Positions 54,427 to 63,937 of a stretch of DNA of 64,000 nucleotides are shown here, in pieces (position 1 is the stretch's first letter; every line of letters begins with the position of its first letter). The stretch is from positions 77,975-141,974 of the forward strand of contig PHAV01000006.1 of NCBI GenBank assembly GCA_002841765.1, written 5' to 3'. The notes beneath the pieces are model-generated. The model was not told where the DNA came from, did no database searches, and worked only from the letters and a program-made list of their open reading frames with translations. Origin of the DNA: Deltaproteobacteria bacterium HGW-Deltaproteobacteria-4 (GTDB lineage Bacteria > Desulfobacterota > Desulfuromonadia > Desulfuromonadales > UBA2197). A program made the translations under genes and the position numbers.

Positions 54427-55482
54427 CTACTTGTCGGCCTCATTTCGACCTGGATTGGCGACAGCGACGTTTTCACCGTTAGCGGCGCGGATGATCGCCG
54501 TCGGCCCGAGTTGCACGATCGCATTTGCCAGGAGCGGCATCTTGCCGCGGCCGCCGGGGAGATCGATGACGTACTGGGGGATAGCCATTCCCGGCAGGGT
54601 GTTGCGCAGGGCCGCGACCAAACTCAGGCCGCTTTCGATGCTGGTGCGCAGATGGGCGGTACCGGCGACAAGGTCGCCGTGATGCAGATAATAGGGCCGC
54701 ACCCGCAGCCGCAGCAGGCCGCGAAATAATGAACGCAGGGTCTCGGCATCATCATTGACGCCGCGCAGCAACACGCTCTGGTTGCCGAGGGGAATGCCGG
54801 CCGCGGCCAGGCGCTGACAGGCTTCGGCGGCTTCCGGAGTCAGTTCGCGGGGATGGTTGAAGTGGGTGTTGAGGTACAAAGGATGATGTCGTCCGAGGAG
54901 TGCAGCGAGTCGTTCCGTGATCCGTTCCGGGAGGACGACCGGCACGCGGCTGTGGATGCGGATCGTCTCGACATGGGGGATGGCCCGCAGCCGACTCAGC
55001 AGATCGTCGAGGCGATCATCGTCCAGCAGGAGAGGATCGCCGCCGGAAAGGATGACTTCATGCAACGCCGGGGTTTGGGCGATATAAGAAAGGGCGGCGG
55101 CAAAATCCGGCCCCTGGTTTCCGGAGCTGCAGCCGATGGCGCGCTTGCGTGTGCAGAAGCGGCAGTAAACGGCGCAGGTGGCGGTGGTGAGGAGGAGAGC
55201 CCGATCCGGGTAGCGGTGCACCAGTCCCGGCACCGGGCTCAGCCGGGTTTCACACAGGGGATCGGAAAGAAGACCGTCTACTTCCAGTTCCGCGGGATCA
55301 GGGACGCACTGCCGCCAAAGGGGATCGCCCGGTCCTTCGAGGAGGTCGAGATAATAGGGGGTGATGCGCAGCGGATAGCGCTGTGCCACCGCCAGCAGCG
55401 GCACCGGGTCGATGGCAAAGCGGGCCGTAAGTTGCGCCGGGTCGGTGAGGGAGTCGCGTAAGGATTGTTGCCAGGGTTCCAT
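54427..55482 (-). CDS. KamA-family radical SAM protein (lysine 2,3-aminomutase / EpmB-like)
   Basis: HRYPDRALLLTTATCAVYCRFCTRK cluster block, SGGDPL and HFNHPREL blocks. 351 aa. Confidence 0.8.
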   Translation of the reverse strand: MEPWQQSLRDSLTDPAQLTARFAIDPVPLLAVAQRYPLRITPYYLDLLEGPGDPLWRQCVPDPAELEVDGLLSDPLCETRLSPVPGLVHRYPDRALLLTTATCAVYCRFCTRKRAIGCSSGNQGPDFAAALSYIAQTPALHEVILSGGDPLLLDDDRLDDLLSRLRAIPHVETIRIHSRVPVVLPERITERLAALLGRHHPLYLNTHFNHPRELTPEAAEACQRLAAAGIPLGNQSVLLRGVNDDAETLRSLFRGLLRLRVRPYYLHHGDLVAGTAHLRTSIESGLSLVAALRNTLPGMAIPQYVIDLPGGRGKMPLLANAIVQLGPTAIIRAANGENVAVANPGRNEADK

Positions 55483-55527
55483 GTCATAAGCCGGTGAAAG
55501 ATTAAAGGGGGTGTGTCAGACTTTCTT

Positions 55528-57126
55528 TTAGCATACCCGCGCTGGTGGCGGAAAGAAAAAGGCGTGATTCGAGGTCAGCCACGGCGGGGTGCGCTGGAGG
55601 ATGGCGCGGATGGCCGGCTCCCGTTTCAGCGCCGCCAAGAAGCGACGCGCTTCGTCCCGGCCCCAATCGGTGCTGCTGCTAAATGAGCGATAAAGGCCGA
55701 GGGGGGCGGCGCTGTCGAGGAGGTTGGCGCTATCGATGGCATAGTCGCCGGCCTGCTCCAGCAGCGAAGCATCGCGGGGGAGATTCATCAACGCCAGATT
55801 GAGAAAGCCGATCTTCTCGGCATGCTCCAGTAGGAAGCGGCGCGTTAATTCTGCATCGGCTGCGGTCTCGCCGGGGATGCCGGTCATGACATAAACATAG
55901 CTGGCAATCCCGGCAACCCGGAGATTTTCGAGGATCTGCGCCGCCTCGGTCAGCTTTGTCCCCTTGTCCATCTGTTCAAGGACGGCTTGAGAGCCGCTCT
56001 CCAGCCCGAGTTGCAGCAGGGTGCAGCCACTTTTGGCCAGGCCGGCGACCAGAACCGGATCGAGGAGGGCGCGTTCAAAGCGGACAAAACCGTGCCAGCG
56101 AAGATGGTGGAGTTCGGCATGGCGGGCAGCGAGGGCCTTGAGGGTCGGTGCCGGGATGGCGTTGTCGGTGAGATGAAAATCCCTAACCCCGGTCCTGGCG
56201 GCCAAAGCCAGCAAGCGATCCGGAAAAGCGACCGCCGGGTCGCTGCCGTAAGGGTGGGTCGGGGCGGCGGCTTCCGGGCAGAAGCGGCACCTGCCCCAGT
56301 AGCAGCCGCGCGATGCGGCGAGGGGGAGGACCGGCCGCGGCGAAAGATAGTCAGCCAGCGGCAGGTCGGAAAAGTCGGGGTTAAAGGCGATCTCCGTGCC
56401 GCTGAGGAGATAGTCGTGCGCGCTGCCGCCCGCTAATCGGCACAGCGGCTCTTCCCCTGGCCCGAAGATCAGATGGTCAAAAAGGGGTAAACGGATCGCC
56501 CCGGCCGTCAGGATGCGTTGCCAGGAGGTGATCATGCCGCCGCCGGCGACGAGGGTGGCTTCAGGGAGGGCGCGGCGCAGCAGGCCGGCGAGCTCGAAAG
56601 AGGGGAGGAGCTGATGGCGGTAGTTGATGGAGAGAGCGATGATGCGCGGCGCCCGGGAAACCACTGCCGGCACGACCTCTCCGGCAAAGTGCTCGTGAAA
56701 GAGAGTGGTCACGCTCCCCTCCGCCACCTGCTGCAAGGCCGCCGGCGCAAAGGGGGAGAACTCTTCGTATTCATAATCACCGAGGGTGAGCCGCTCCCCC
56801 TTGTCGCCATACAGACCGAGGAGGGTGTGCAAATGGTGCAAGGCGGTGGCATAGCGGGGAAAGGAGGTGAGGGCGGCAACAGAACGGACCAGAACCAGCG
56901 ATGGCTTCGCCTGTTTCAGGGCGCGGCGCACGTTCGTCGGCGGCTGCGTTCCGGCGACCCGTGCAGCGTTTTCCGGCGCCAGCAGGGACAGGGTGGCGCT
57001 GAGATTAACATCGAGCGTCGCCACCGAAAAGCCCTTGGCGCGCAGAGTGCCGGCAAGGACGGCGAGACCGAGCGGCGGCTCGACCGCCTTGGTCGCCGGC
57101 GGCTGAATGAGCATGACATCGGTCAT
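55528..57126 (-). CDS. B12-binding-domain radical SAM protein
   Basis: N-terminal MLIQPP...PPLGLAVLAGTLRAKGF (cobalamin-binding-like Rossmann domain). Cluster motif ASRGCYWGRCRFCPE. 532 aa. Confidence 0.65.
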   Translation of the reverse strand: MTDVMLIQPPATKAVEPPLGLAVLAGTLRAKGFSVATLDVNLSATLSLLAPENAARVAGTQPPTNVRRALKQAKPSLVLVRSVAALTSFPRYATALHHLHTLLGLYGDKGERLTLGDYEYEEFSPFAPAALQQVAEGSVTTLFHEHFAGEVVPAVVSRAPRIIALSINYRHQLLPSFELAGLLRRALPEATLVAGGGMITSWQRILTAGAIRLPLFDHLIFGPGEEPLCRLAGGSAHDYLLSGTEIAFNPDFSDLPLADYLSPRPVLPLAASRGCYWGRCRFCPEAAAPTHPYGSDPAVAFPDRLLALAARTGVRDFHLTDNAIPAPTLKALAARHAELHHLRWHGFVRFERALLDPVLVAGLAKSGCTLLQLGLESGSQAVLEQMDKGTKLTEAAQILENLRVAGIASYVYVMTGIPGETAADAELTRRFLLEHAEKIGFLNLALMNLPRDASLLEQAGDYAIDSANLLDSAAPLGLYRSFSSSTDWGRDEARRFLAALKREPAIRAILQRTPPWLTSNHAFFFPPPARVC

Positions 57127-57317
57127 TATTCGTCCGGCGATTCGGGGGTGGAGGGCGCCAGGGCGCTGAGCATCTCACGGAAGCTGCGATTTTCCCGTTC
57201 GAGGATGGCGATGCGCCGGCCGAATTCAGCGGCGATGCTGCTCAGTTCTTCGACCAGGCGCTCCTGATGGGCGTAGCGAATTTCCAGTTCGACGAGTCTT
57301 TTTTTCGTTGTATCCAC
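57126..57317 (-). CDS. slyX: SlyX-family coiled-coil protein
   Basis: GTG start behind CAGGAG. Sequence VDTTKKRLVELEIRYAHQERLVEELSSIAAEFGRRIAILERENRSFREML.... The stop overlaps the radical SAM start (TAATG). Confidence 0.65.
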   Translation of the reverse strand: MDTTKKRLVELEIRYAHQERLVEELSSIAAEFGRRIAILERENRSFREMLSALAPSTPESPDE

Positions 57318-57447
57318 AGTAGAATCTCCTGTTTTGGGGTTCTTTATATGTCGGACCGGTCGCATCCGATTGATCTTTTGTTGCCTGCGCGGCGGTGCTG
57401 TGCTACAAAATCGGCCAGCGAGCGACGAAACCGGGAGGCAGTACAGC

Positions 57448-58155
57448 ATGTATCAAATCAGTGAAAAGGGACGGGGCATCCGCGAAATGTTCGACGCCAT
57501 CGCCCCCCGTTATGATCTGCTCAATCGTCTCCTCTCCTTTGGTGTCGACCGGCGCTGGCGCAAAACCGCCGTCGGTCTCCTGAGTGTCCCCGGCGACGGT
57601 ATGGTCCTTGACGTCGCGACTGGCACCGGCGATGTTGCTTTGGAAATCGCCAGCCGCACCCCGGCCACGGTGCAGATCATCGGCGCCGACTTTACCCAGG
57701 GGATGCTGGTGCATGGCCTCGACAAAGTCGCCGCCTCTCCTTATGCGCAGCGGATTCAGCTGGTCAATGCCCCTTGTGAAGAGCTCCCCTTTCCTGCGGC
57801 GCTCTTTGATGCCGTGACCATCGCCTTCGGGATCCGCAATGTCGTCGATCGCCCCGCCGGCTTACGCGAGATGTGCCGGGTCCTCAAACCGGGCGGCCGG
57901 GTGGTCATCCTCGAATTCTCCAACCCCAGGAGCCGACTCTTTAAAGCCCTCTACGACTTCTACTTTCTCCAGGTCCTCCCCCGAATCGGCGGGCTGATCT
58001 CCCGGCGCAGCGCTTATCAATATCTTCCCGATTCCGTTCAGGCCTTCCCCCCCCGCGAAGACTTCATGCAGATGATGCAGGCCGCCGGTTTTCGCTCCGT
58101 CACCCATCACGATCAAACCTTCGGCATCGCCACGATTTATACCGGCATTAAATAA
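57448..58155 (+). CDS. ubiE: Demethylmenaquinone/ubiquinone C-methyltransferase
   Basis: FDAIAPRYDLLNRLLSFG, VLDVATGTGD and FGIRNV blocks. Start moved to MYQISEK behind GGGAGG. Confidence 0.85.
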   Translation: MYQISEKGRGIREMFDAIAPRYDLLNRLLSFGVDRRWRKTAVGLLSVPGDGMVLDVATGTGDVALEIASRTPATVQIIGADFTQGMLVHGLDKVAASPYAQRIQLVNAPCEELPFPAALFDAVTIAFGIRNVVDRPAGLREMCRVLKPGGRVVILEFSNPRSRLFKALYDFYFLQVLPRIGGLISRRSAYQYLPDSVQAFPPREDFMQMMQAAGFRSVTHHDQTFGIATIYTGIK

Positions 58156-58159
58156 TTTC

Positions 58160-58187
58160 GTAGGGGCACGGCGCGCCGTGCCCCTAC
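58160..58187. repeat. REP-type hairpin (GTAGGGGCACGGCGCGCCGTGCCCCTAC) between convergent genes
   Basis: Perfect palindrome. The asmA-family stop codon lies inside it. Confidence 0.8.
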
Positions 58188-61100
58188 CGGAACAGCTCCG
58201 TCACGTCGTCAACGATCTTGCCCGGCAGGCCGAAAGTCCGTTTGAAGATGCCGACGGCCATATCCGAGAGGGACGAAAAGGGAATCGCCTCGACATCAGG
58301 ATCCTGACTGCTGCCGGTAACGTGGAAGTTGGCAACGACGAAGGCTTTCTTCTCCCCGGTTAATATCCATCCCGCCAGCGGAATGTTGGAGAGGATCTTG
58401 TCGACGGTCTGCAACGGTTTGACGCCGATAAGGAAGTCGAGACGATCCTTGACGAGATCCGCCTTGCCGACAAAAGCCATGTCAAAGGCGGGGCTGCTAA
58501 CTGCGAGATCTTCGCTGTGCATCACACCATCGGTGAAGGTCAGGTTCCCTTTGATCCGGTCGAAGAGCAGGCCGTCCTTGTCGACGTCGGGGAAGTTGAA
58601 GGTGAGGAGCTGCCCGACATTAAAGAGGGCAAGGGCGCGACTGATACTGGTAAATCCCCGCATCAGGCCTTTATTGAGGCGAAGGTTGACGTTGCCGTCA
58701 CAGGTCGGCAGAAAGCGGCCGATCTCTCCTTGTAAGGTAAAGGTGCTCGACAGAGTGCCGGAGATGCTCCCGCGCTTCCCTAAAAGTTGTCTTTGTACCT
58801 GCGCCGCGTCGATCTTCTCCGCTTGTCCGGAGACTTTCAAGATCGGATGTTCTTCCCGCAGCGGACCGGTGCTAATGGCGACGTTGGCATGGCCAGCGCC
58901 GATCTCCAGACGCAGCAGCTCAATCTGCAGGGCTCCGTTGCGCAGAGCGATCGTGCCGGCGGCATTTGCAAATCTGACCCCGAAAAGATCGCCGTTTGCA
59001 ATCGTCACCTGAATATCGGCGCTCAGGGGGTGGGCCGTGTCGGCGGTTGGCGTTGAGCGCGGCGCCGGTTTTTCACCCTTGTGCCAAAGAGCGATGATGC
59101 CGGCGATATTCCCCTGACTGGCAACGATGTCGAGAATCAGGTTGGCCGGCGTGTAGGTGAGACGGCCATTGATCAGGGCTTTGGTTTCATTGTCGATCTC
59201 GGCGCTGATCTGTTCAAAGAGAATCCCGCTGCCGGAGATGACCAGGCGGCCCTCGATAGAGGAAAAGATCTTTTGCGGCGAGCTGAAGACAAGATCGGCC
59301 GCCCGGGTTTTCGCAAGATCAAGGTCGAGAGTGAGCTGGAACGCCGGCAGCCATTTCAGGTCAGCGCTGGCCCGTACCGGCGAACTGCCGAGGAGGCCGG
59401 TGATCGCCGGGAATTCGATCCCCTCGCGATGGACGAGCATCCGTCCGCTGGCGTCGTGCAGATTGGCAACGCTGGCCCAGAGGTGCATGCCGAGCTTCCG
59501 AAACTCCCCACTCCCCTGCAAACTCCTCAGCCCCTTGCGGTCTCCGCTTAAATCGAGACGCAGATCGACTTCGCCGCTCCCCCGCAGCTTCTGCTGGACC
59601 GGCAGGAAGGGGGGGAGCTTTTCGAGGAGGAGATGACTAATGTCACAAGCGAGGGTGTAGCCGCCGCTGCTGTCGAGGGCGAAGTGCCCGTTGGCGCGGG
59701 CTTCAGCAAAAGGGAGGAGGAGGCGGGCATGGCTGAGTTCGAGCCCGGAAGACTGCACTGCGCCGAGGATGAGGAGTTCACCAACCTCTCCGGCCCGTTT
59801 CAGCGGGATGTCGTTAAAGTGGACGGCCGCGCTCTCGAAGCGCGACTGCAGATCAAGGAGGAGTCGGGAGGGCGTCCCACTGATCTTGCCGGAAAAGGAG
59901 ATGGGGCCACTGGCCTGCAGCTTCTTTTGCCAAGCCGCGGCGAGGAGGGGGATCAGAGCTTCCGCCCGCGCCGTACTGGTGATCTGCAGGTTAAAGCTCG
60001 CTTCCCCCTGGCGCGGGAAAGCGATATGGCCTGCCCCTGCACTCTTCCCGCCGAGGAGGGTGGCTTTAGCGCTTTTGATTGCCAGTTCGCCATCTGTCCA
60101 GACTCCGTCTCCCGCCGCATTCTCCACCAGACCGATCCCCTTGAGGTTAAAACGTCCATCCCGGAGCAGAAGAAGAGCGGTGTCGAGGTGGAGTCCTTCC
60201 GTACTCGACCAGCGCAGCTGGATCTTTTCCATGCCGACGCTGCCGCTCACTCCCTGGCCGCGCAGGGCCGTTGCCAGTTGGGGCAGAGTGTGCTCGGGGA
60301 TCCATGGGCCGAGGAGATTCAGGGGGGTCGTCGGGACAGCCAGGGTCGCAATCAGGGGTGTTGTCGCGGTTGGCAGTAGCACTTCGCCGTGCAGGGACAG
60401 GGCATCGACGCGAAGGAGAAGGTTGCGGATCGTGTCGGTTGCGGCGCTTTGCCAGATGCCGCCAAGGACGATTTCACCGGCATGCAGCGGGGCAGCGTAC
60501 AGGGTCGGCAGGTTCAACGCCGCGTCCGGACTTTCGGCGCGGAGTTCAAAAGCAAGGCCGCTGGCCGGAGCGCCCTGCGCGTGTAAGCTCAATTTGGCCA
60601 ATCCGGCGAACCGGAGCTTTTTTTCGCCACTTTCGCGGGCAAGGGGCAGCTGCGCCAGATCGAGCTCTTTCATCCCGAGGGTGAGATCAATGCGAGTTTC
60701 CTGCCAGGGAGCATCCGCATTCGCTGCTTCAATCATTCCGGATAATTGCCAGGCAGTTCGCAACTCTCCGGAGCGGATCTCTCCACTCGCCGTGACTGCC
60801 ACAGGCGTCAGGAAAGCGATGTTGTCCAGTTGCAGATTGATTTTGTCAAGATCGTAACGCTGCGCGCCGTTCATGACCGTCACGCGGCTGTTGCGTAGCA
60901 GCAAGGTGCTGATATTGGTACGGCGTAACAGGTCGAGGAAGGTTTTCAGCCGTTCTGGCGCCGTCTTCTCCGCTTCCCTGGTCGTTGTCCCGACCGGGAC
61001 GTTGATACGGAGTTGTGCCCCTTCGAGGAGGATGCTTGAGAAACTCAACTGTCGCTGCAAAAGCGGGGTGATATGGAGCCGCAGCAGCAGATGGTCGACA

Positions 61101-61354
61101 ATCAGAGAGCTGGCCTCCTCCGGGGCGCCGATGGCGGTATCGCTGAGCTCCAGGCTGAGGCCGTGGCGCAGGGCAAAGTGAATCGCGCCGATCTGGACCG
61201 GGCGCTGCAGGGCTTGCTGCAGTCCGGCCTGGAGTTGGCTCCGGTAATCGTTGAGATTGAAAGAGTAAAGAAAGAGAGTGAGCGCTACCCCGGCCGCACC
61301 AAACAGCAGGGCGATCAGGGTGATAACGGGATGGCGGCGCAGACGTTGAAACAC
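58184..61354 (-). CDS. AsmA/YhdP-family large envelope protein
   Basis: 1056 aa. N-terminal TM anchor (VITLIALLFGAAGVALTLFLY), then a long beta-rich body and an AsmA-like C-terminal region. Assigned on architecture. Confidence 0.6.
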   Translation of the reverse strand: MFQRLRRHPVITLIALLFGAAGVALTLFLYSFNLNDYRSQLQAGLQQALQRPVQIGAIHFALRHGLSLELSDTAIGAPEEASSLIVDHLLLRLHITPLLQRQLSFSSILLEGAQLRINVPVGTTTREAEKTAPERLKTFLDLLRRTNISTLLLRNSRVTVMNGAQRYDLDKINLQLDNIAFLTPVAVTASGEIRSGELRTAWQLSGMIEAANADAPWQETRIDLTLGMKELDLAQLPLARESGEKKLRFAGLAKLSLHAQGAPASGLAFELRAESPDAALNLPTLYAAPLHAGEIVLGGIWQSAATDTIRNLLLRVDALSLHGEVLLPTATTPLIATLAVPTTPLNLLGPWIPEHTLPQLATALRGQGVSGSVGMEKIQLRWSSTEGLHLDTALLLLRDGRFNLKGIGLVENAAGDGVWTDGELAIKSAKATLLGGKSAGAGHIAFPRQGEASFNLQITSTARAEALIPLLAAAWQKKLQASGPISFSGKISGTPSRLLLDLQSRFESAAVHFNDIPLKRAGEVGELLILGAVQSSGLELSHARLLLPFAEARANGHFALDSSGGYTLACDISHLLLEKLPPFLPVQQKLRGSGEVDLRLDLSGDRKGLRSLQGSGEFRKLGMHLWASVANLHDASGRMLVHREGIEFPAITGLLGSSPVRASADLKWLPAFQLTLDLDLAKTRAADLVFSSPQKIFSSIEGRLVISGSGILFEQISAEIDNETKALINGRLTYTPANLILDIVASQGNIAGIIALWHKGEKPAPRSTPTADTAHPLSADIQVTIANGDLFGVRFANAAGTIALRNGALQIELLRLEIGAGHANVAISTGPLREEHPILKVSGQAEKIDAAQVQRQLLGKRGSISGTLSSTFTLQGEIGRFLPTCDGNVNLRLNKGLMRGFTSISRALALFNVGQLLTFNFPDVDKDGLLFDRIKGNLTFTDGVMHSEDLAVSSPAFDMAFVGKADLVKDRLDFLIGVKPLQTVDKILSNIPLAGWILTGEKKAFVVANFHVTGSSQDPDVEAIPFSSLSDMAVGIFKRTFGLPGKIVDDVTELFR

Positions 61355-61512
61355 AGGGGGAGATCTCCTTGAGAAGCAATCGGGGCGTCAGTATAGCGCG
61401 CTCGACGGAGTTGGGGAAGAAGCAAGTCAAACTTTGCCGGAAATCTTTACTCACAGGGGGACGTCATGCTAAAAGAAAACGCTTCAGCTCCCTCCTTGTG
61501 AAAGGGTTTCCC

Positions 61513-62634
61513 ATGCTTGGCCACCGTCCTACTTACGTCGAGATCGATCTTGCCGCCATCCGCCACAACCTGCTGGAGGTGCGCCGGCGCCTGGGTCCGG
61601 TCGGAAAGATCCTGGCGGTGGTCAAGGCCGATGCTTACGGCCATGGCGCGCAGCGGGTGGCCCCCGCTCTTGCCGCCGCCGGGGCCGATCTCTTCGGTGT
61701 GGCGATTGTTGAAGAAGGGATTGAGCTGCGCAACGCCGGAGTGCGGCAGCCGATTGTCGTCCTCGGCGGCTTCTATCCGGGGCAGGAGCTGAGCCTCCTC
61801 CAGCATGAACTCATCCCCTGCCTCTTCGATCTTGACAGTGCGCGGCGGCTGGAGACGATCGCCGCCGCTGCCGGCGTGATCTGGCCTTATCACCTCAAGA
61901 TCGATACCGGCATGGGGCGCATCGGTTTTCTCCCCGAAGAGCTCGCCGTGGTCTTGCCCCAACTCGCCGCCCTGACCCATCTCCGCCTCGACGGGGTCCT
62001 GTCCCACCTGGCCCTGGCCGATGATCCCCCCCATCCCCTCACCGCTGAACAGATTAACCTGTTTCGCGCCATCCTCAGCCAGGTGCTGGCTGCCGGCTTT
62101 ACCCCGACTGAGATCCATCTCGGCAACAGTGCCACCATCTTCTCCCGTGATATCCCGGAATGTAACGTTGTCCGTCCCGGCATCGCCCTCTACGGCGCGG
62201 CGCCATCCGACTACTTTGCCGGCCAGCTCGACCTCCGTCCGGTGATGAGTTTCCGTTCGCGCATCGCCCTGCTCAAGAGCGTCCCGGCCGGCACCGGCAT
62301 CTCCTACGGACACCGCTATCGCGCCCTGCGCCCCAGCTTCATCGCTGCGGTGCCGGTCGGGTATGCCGACGGCTACAGCCGTCAGCTCACCAATCGCGGT
62401 GAGGTGCTGATCCGCGGCCAGCGCGCTCCGGTCGCCGGGACGGTCTGCATGGACTGGATCATGGTTGATGTCACCGACATTCCCGACGTCAGCGTCGGTG
62501 ATGAAGTTACCCTCCTCGGCCGTGACCAAAACGACGCCATCAGCGCCGAAGAGTGGGCCGGCAAGGTCGGGACGATCTCTTACGAAATCTTCTGTAATGT
62601 CAGCAAGCGCGTTCCGCGCATCTATCGCGACTAA
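61513..62634 (+). CDS. alr: Alanine racemase
   Basis: VEIDLAAIRHN and AVVKADAYGHG (PLP lysine) blocks, C-terminal ...SYEIFCNVSKRVPRIY. Start moved to MLGHRPTY. Confidence 0.9.
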   Translation: MLGHRPTYVEIDLAAIRHNLLEVRRRLGPVGKILAVVKADAYGHGAQRVAPALAAAGADLFGVAIVEEGIELRNAGVRQPIVVLGGFYPGQELSLLQHELIPCLFDLDSARRLETIAAAAGVIWPYHLKIDTGMGRIGFLPEELAVVLPQLAALTHLRLDGVLSHLALADDPPHPLTAEQINLFRAILSQVLAAGFTPTEIHLGNSATIFSRDIPECNVVRPGIALYGAAPSDYFAGQLDLRPVMSFRSRIALLKSVPAGTGISYGHRYRALRPSFIAAVPVGYADGYSRQLTNRGEVLIRGQRAPVAGTVCMDWIMVDVTDIPDVSVGDEVTLLGRDQNDAISAEEWAGKVGTISYEIFCNVSKRVPRIYRD

Positions 62635-62643
62635 GGCTGGTCC

Positions 62644-63864
62644 ATGAGCCTACTTCTTCTCGCCCTTGATCTCGGCACCACCACCCTCGCCGGCCGGATT
62701 CTTGACGCGCAGGGGCAGGTGCTGGCCGAAGGCAAGGTGGCGAATCCGCAGCGGGCGCTCGGTGCCGATATTGTCCGCCGCCTGGAAGCAGCGTTGGCCG
62801 GGGAGGGGGAGCGGTTGCAGGCGCTGCTGGTCGACGGCATCGCGGCGCTCCTTGATGATCTCCTGCGTGCCGCCGGTGCCGGCCGCGAATCGATTGGCGC
62901 TGTTGCGGTGGCAGCGAATCCCGGGGTGACGGCTCTCTTCTGTGGCGACGATGTGCGTCCCATCCTCTTCCCGCCGCATCGCCCGAAGAATCCGGGGTTG
63001 CGCTCCCTTGCTCTGCCTGTCCTCCAGCTTCCCGTCCCCCTCGTGCTCTTTCCTGTGCTCAGCGGTTATGTCGGCGGCGATCTGGTTGCCTGTCTTTACG
63101 GCCTTGCTTCTGTTACTGAAGGCACTCTCGTTATCGATCTCGGCACCAACGGTGAAATTGCCATCGGCAATGCGGACGGTTGGCTTGCTACTTCGGTGCC
63201 GGCCGGGCCGGCCTTTGAGGGAGGGGAAATCAGCTGCGGCCAGCTGGCGACGACCGGAGCGATCAGCAACGTGACCCGCGTCGGTGATCGTTTGCAGCTG
63301 GAGGTCATCGGCGGCGGCGTGCCGACCGGTCTTGCCGGCAGCGGTCTCTTCGCCGTCATCGCGGTCGGGATCGAAAGCGAACTGATCGATTGTAGCGGCC
63401 GGATCGTGACGCCTGCCGAAGTCGACTCGAACCTTTCCCGCTATCTGCGCCCTGACGGCCGAGCTCAGGCTCTCTGTCTTTATCGCGATGCCGGGCGCGA
63501 AATTGTCGTCACGCAGGGAGATATCCGCGCTTTCCAGCTTGCCAAAGGGGCGGTGCGTGCCGGAATCGACGCCCTTTTGGCCCGTGCTGATATTCCGGTT
63601 GCGGCGGTTGAACAGGTTATTGTCACCGGCGCTTTCGGACTTTCTCTCGACCGAAAAAGCTTGAAAAGCGTTGCCATCCTCCCTGCCGTCATGGTAGAAA
63701 AAGCGCTCTTTATTCCCGGTGGCGCCCTTTCCGGGGTGCAGCGTTTTCTCCTGCAAGATGACGGTTGCGCGCAGTTACAGGTGCTGACTGAAAAGATGCG
63801 CAGTTACCCCCTTTCCGGGACGCCAGCATTTGAGCGCGCCTTTTTGGCCGCGCTGGATTTTTAA
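62644..63864 (+). CDS. ASKHA-fold ATPase, DUF4445/RACo C-terminal-domain-like, lacking an N-terminal ferredoxin domain
   Basis: LALDLGTTTLAG and VIDLGTNGEIA phosphate motifs, PAGPAFEGGEISCG block typical of corrinoid-activase-like ASKHA proteins. Confidence 0.6.
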   Translation: MSLLLLALDLGTTTLAGRILDAQGQVLAEGKVANPQRALGADIVRRLEAALAGEGERLQALLVDGIAALLDDLLRAAGAGRESIGAVAVAANPGVTALFCGDDVRPILFPPHRPKNPGLRSLALPVLQLPVPLVLFPVLSGYVGGDLVACLYGLASVTEGTLVIDLGTNGEIAIGNADGWLATSVPAGPAFEGGEISCGQLATTGAISNVTRVGDRLQLEVIGGGVPTGLAGSGLFAVIAVGIESELIDCSGRIVTPAEVDSNLSRYLRPDGRAQALCLYRDAGREIVVTQGDIRAFQLAKGAVRAGIDALLARADIPVAAVEQVIVTGAFGLSLDRKSLKSVAILPAVMVEKALFIPGGALSGVQRFLLQDDGCAQLQVLTEKMRSYPLSGTPAFERAFLAALDF

Positions 63865-63892
63865 CGGTCGCGTCCGGTTAGTTTTTGCATTT

Positions 63893-63937
63893 AGTCCCCC
63901 TCCTTCCTATTCAAGGTCAAGGAGGGGTTAGGGGTGG
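63893..63937. repeat. Degenerate copy of the CCCCTCCTT...AAGGAGGGG palindromic repeat; a further copy starts at 63991 and is cut by the window end
   Basis: GTCCCCCTCCTTCCTATTCAAGGTCAAGGAGGGGTTAGGGGTGGT. The window ends ...CTTACCACCC, identical to 12631-12640. Confidence 0.7.
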
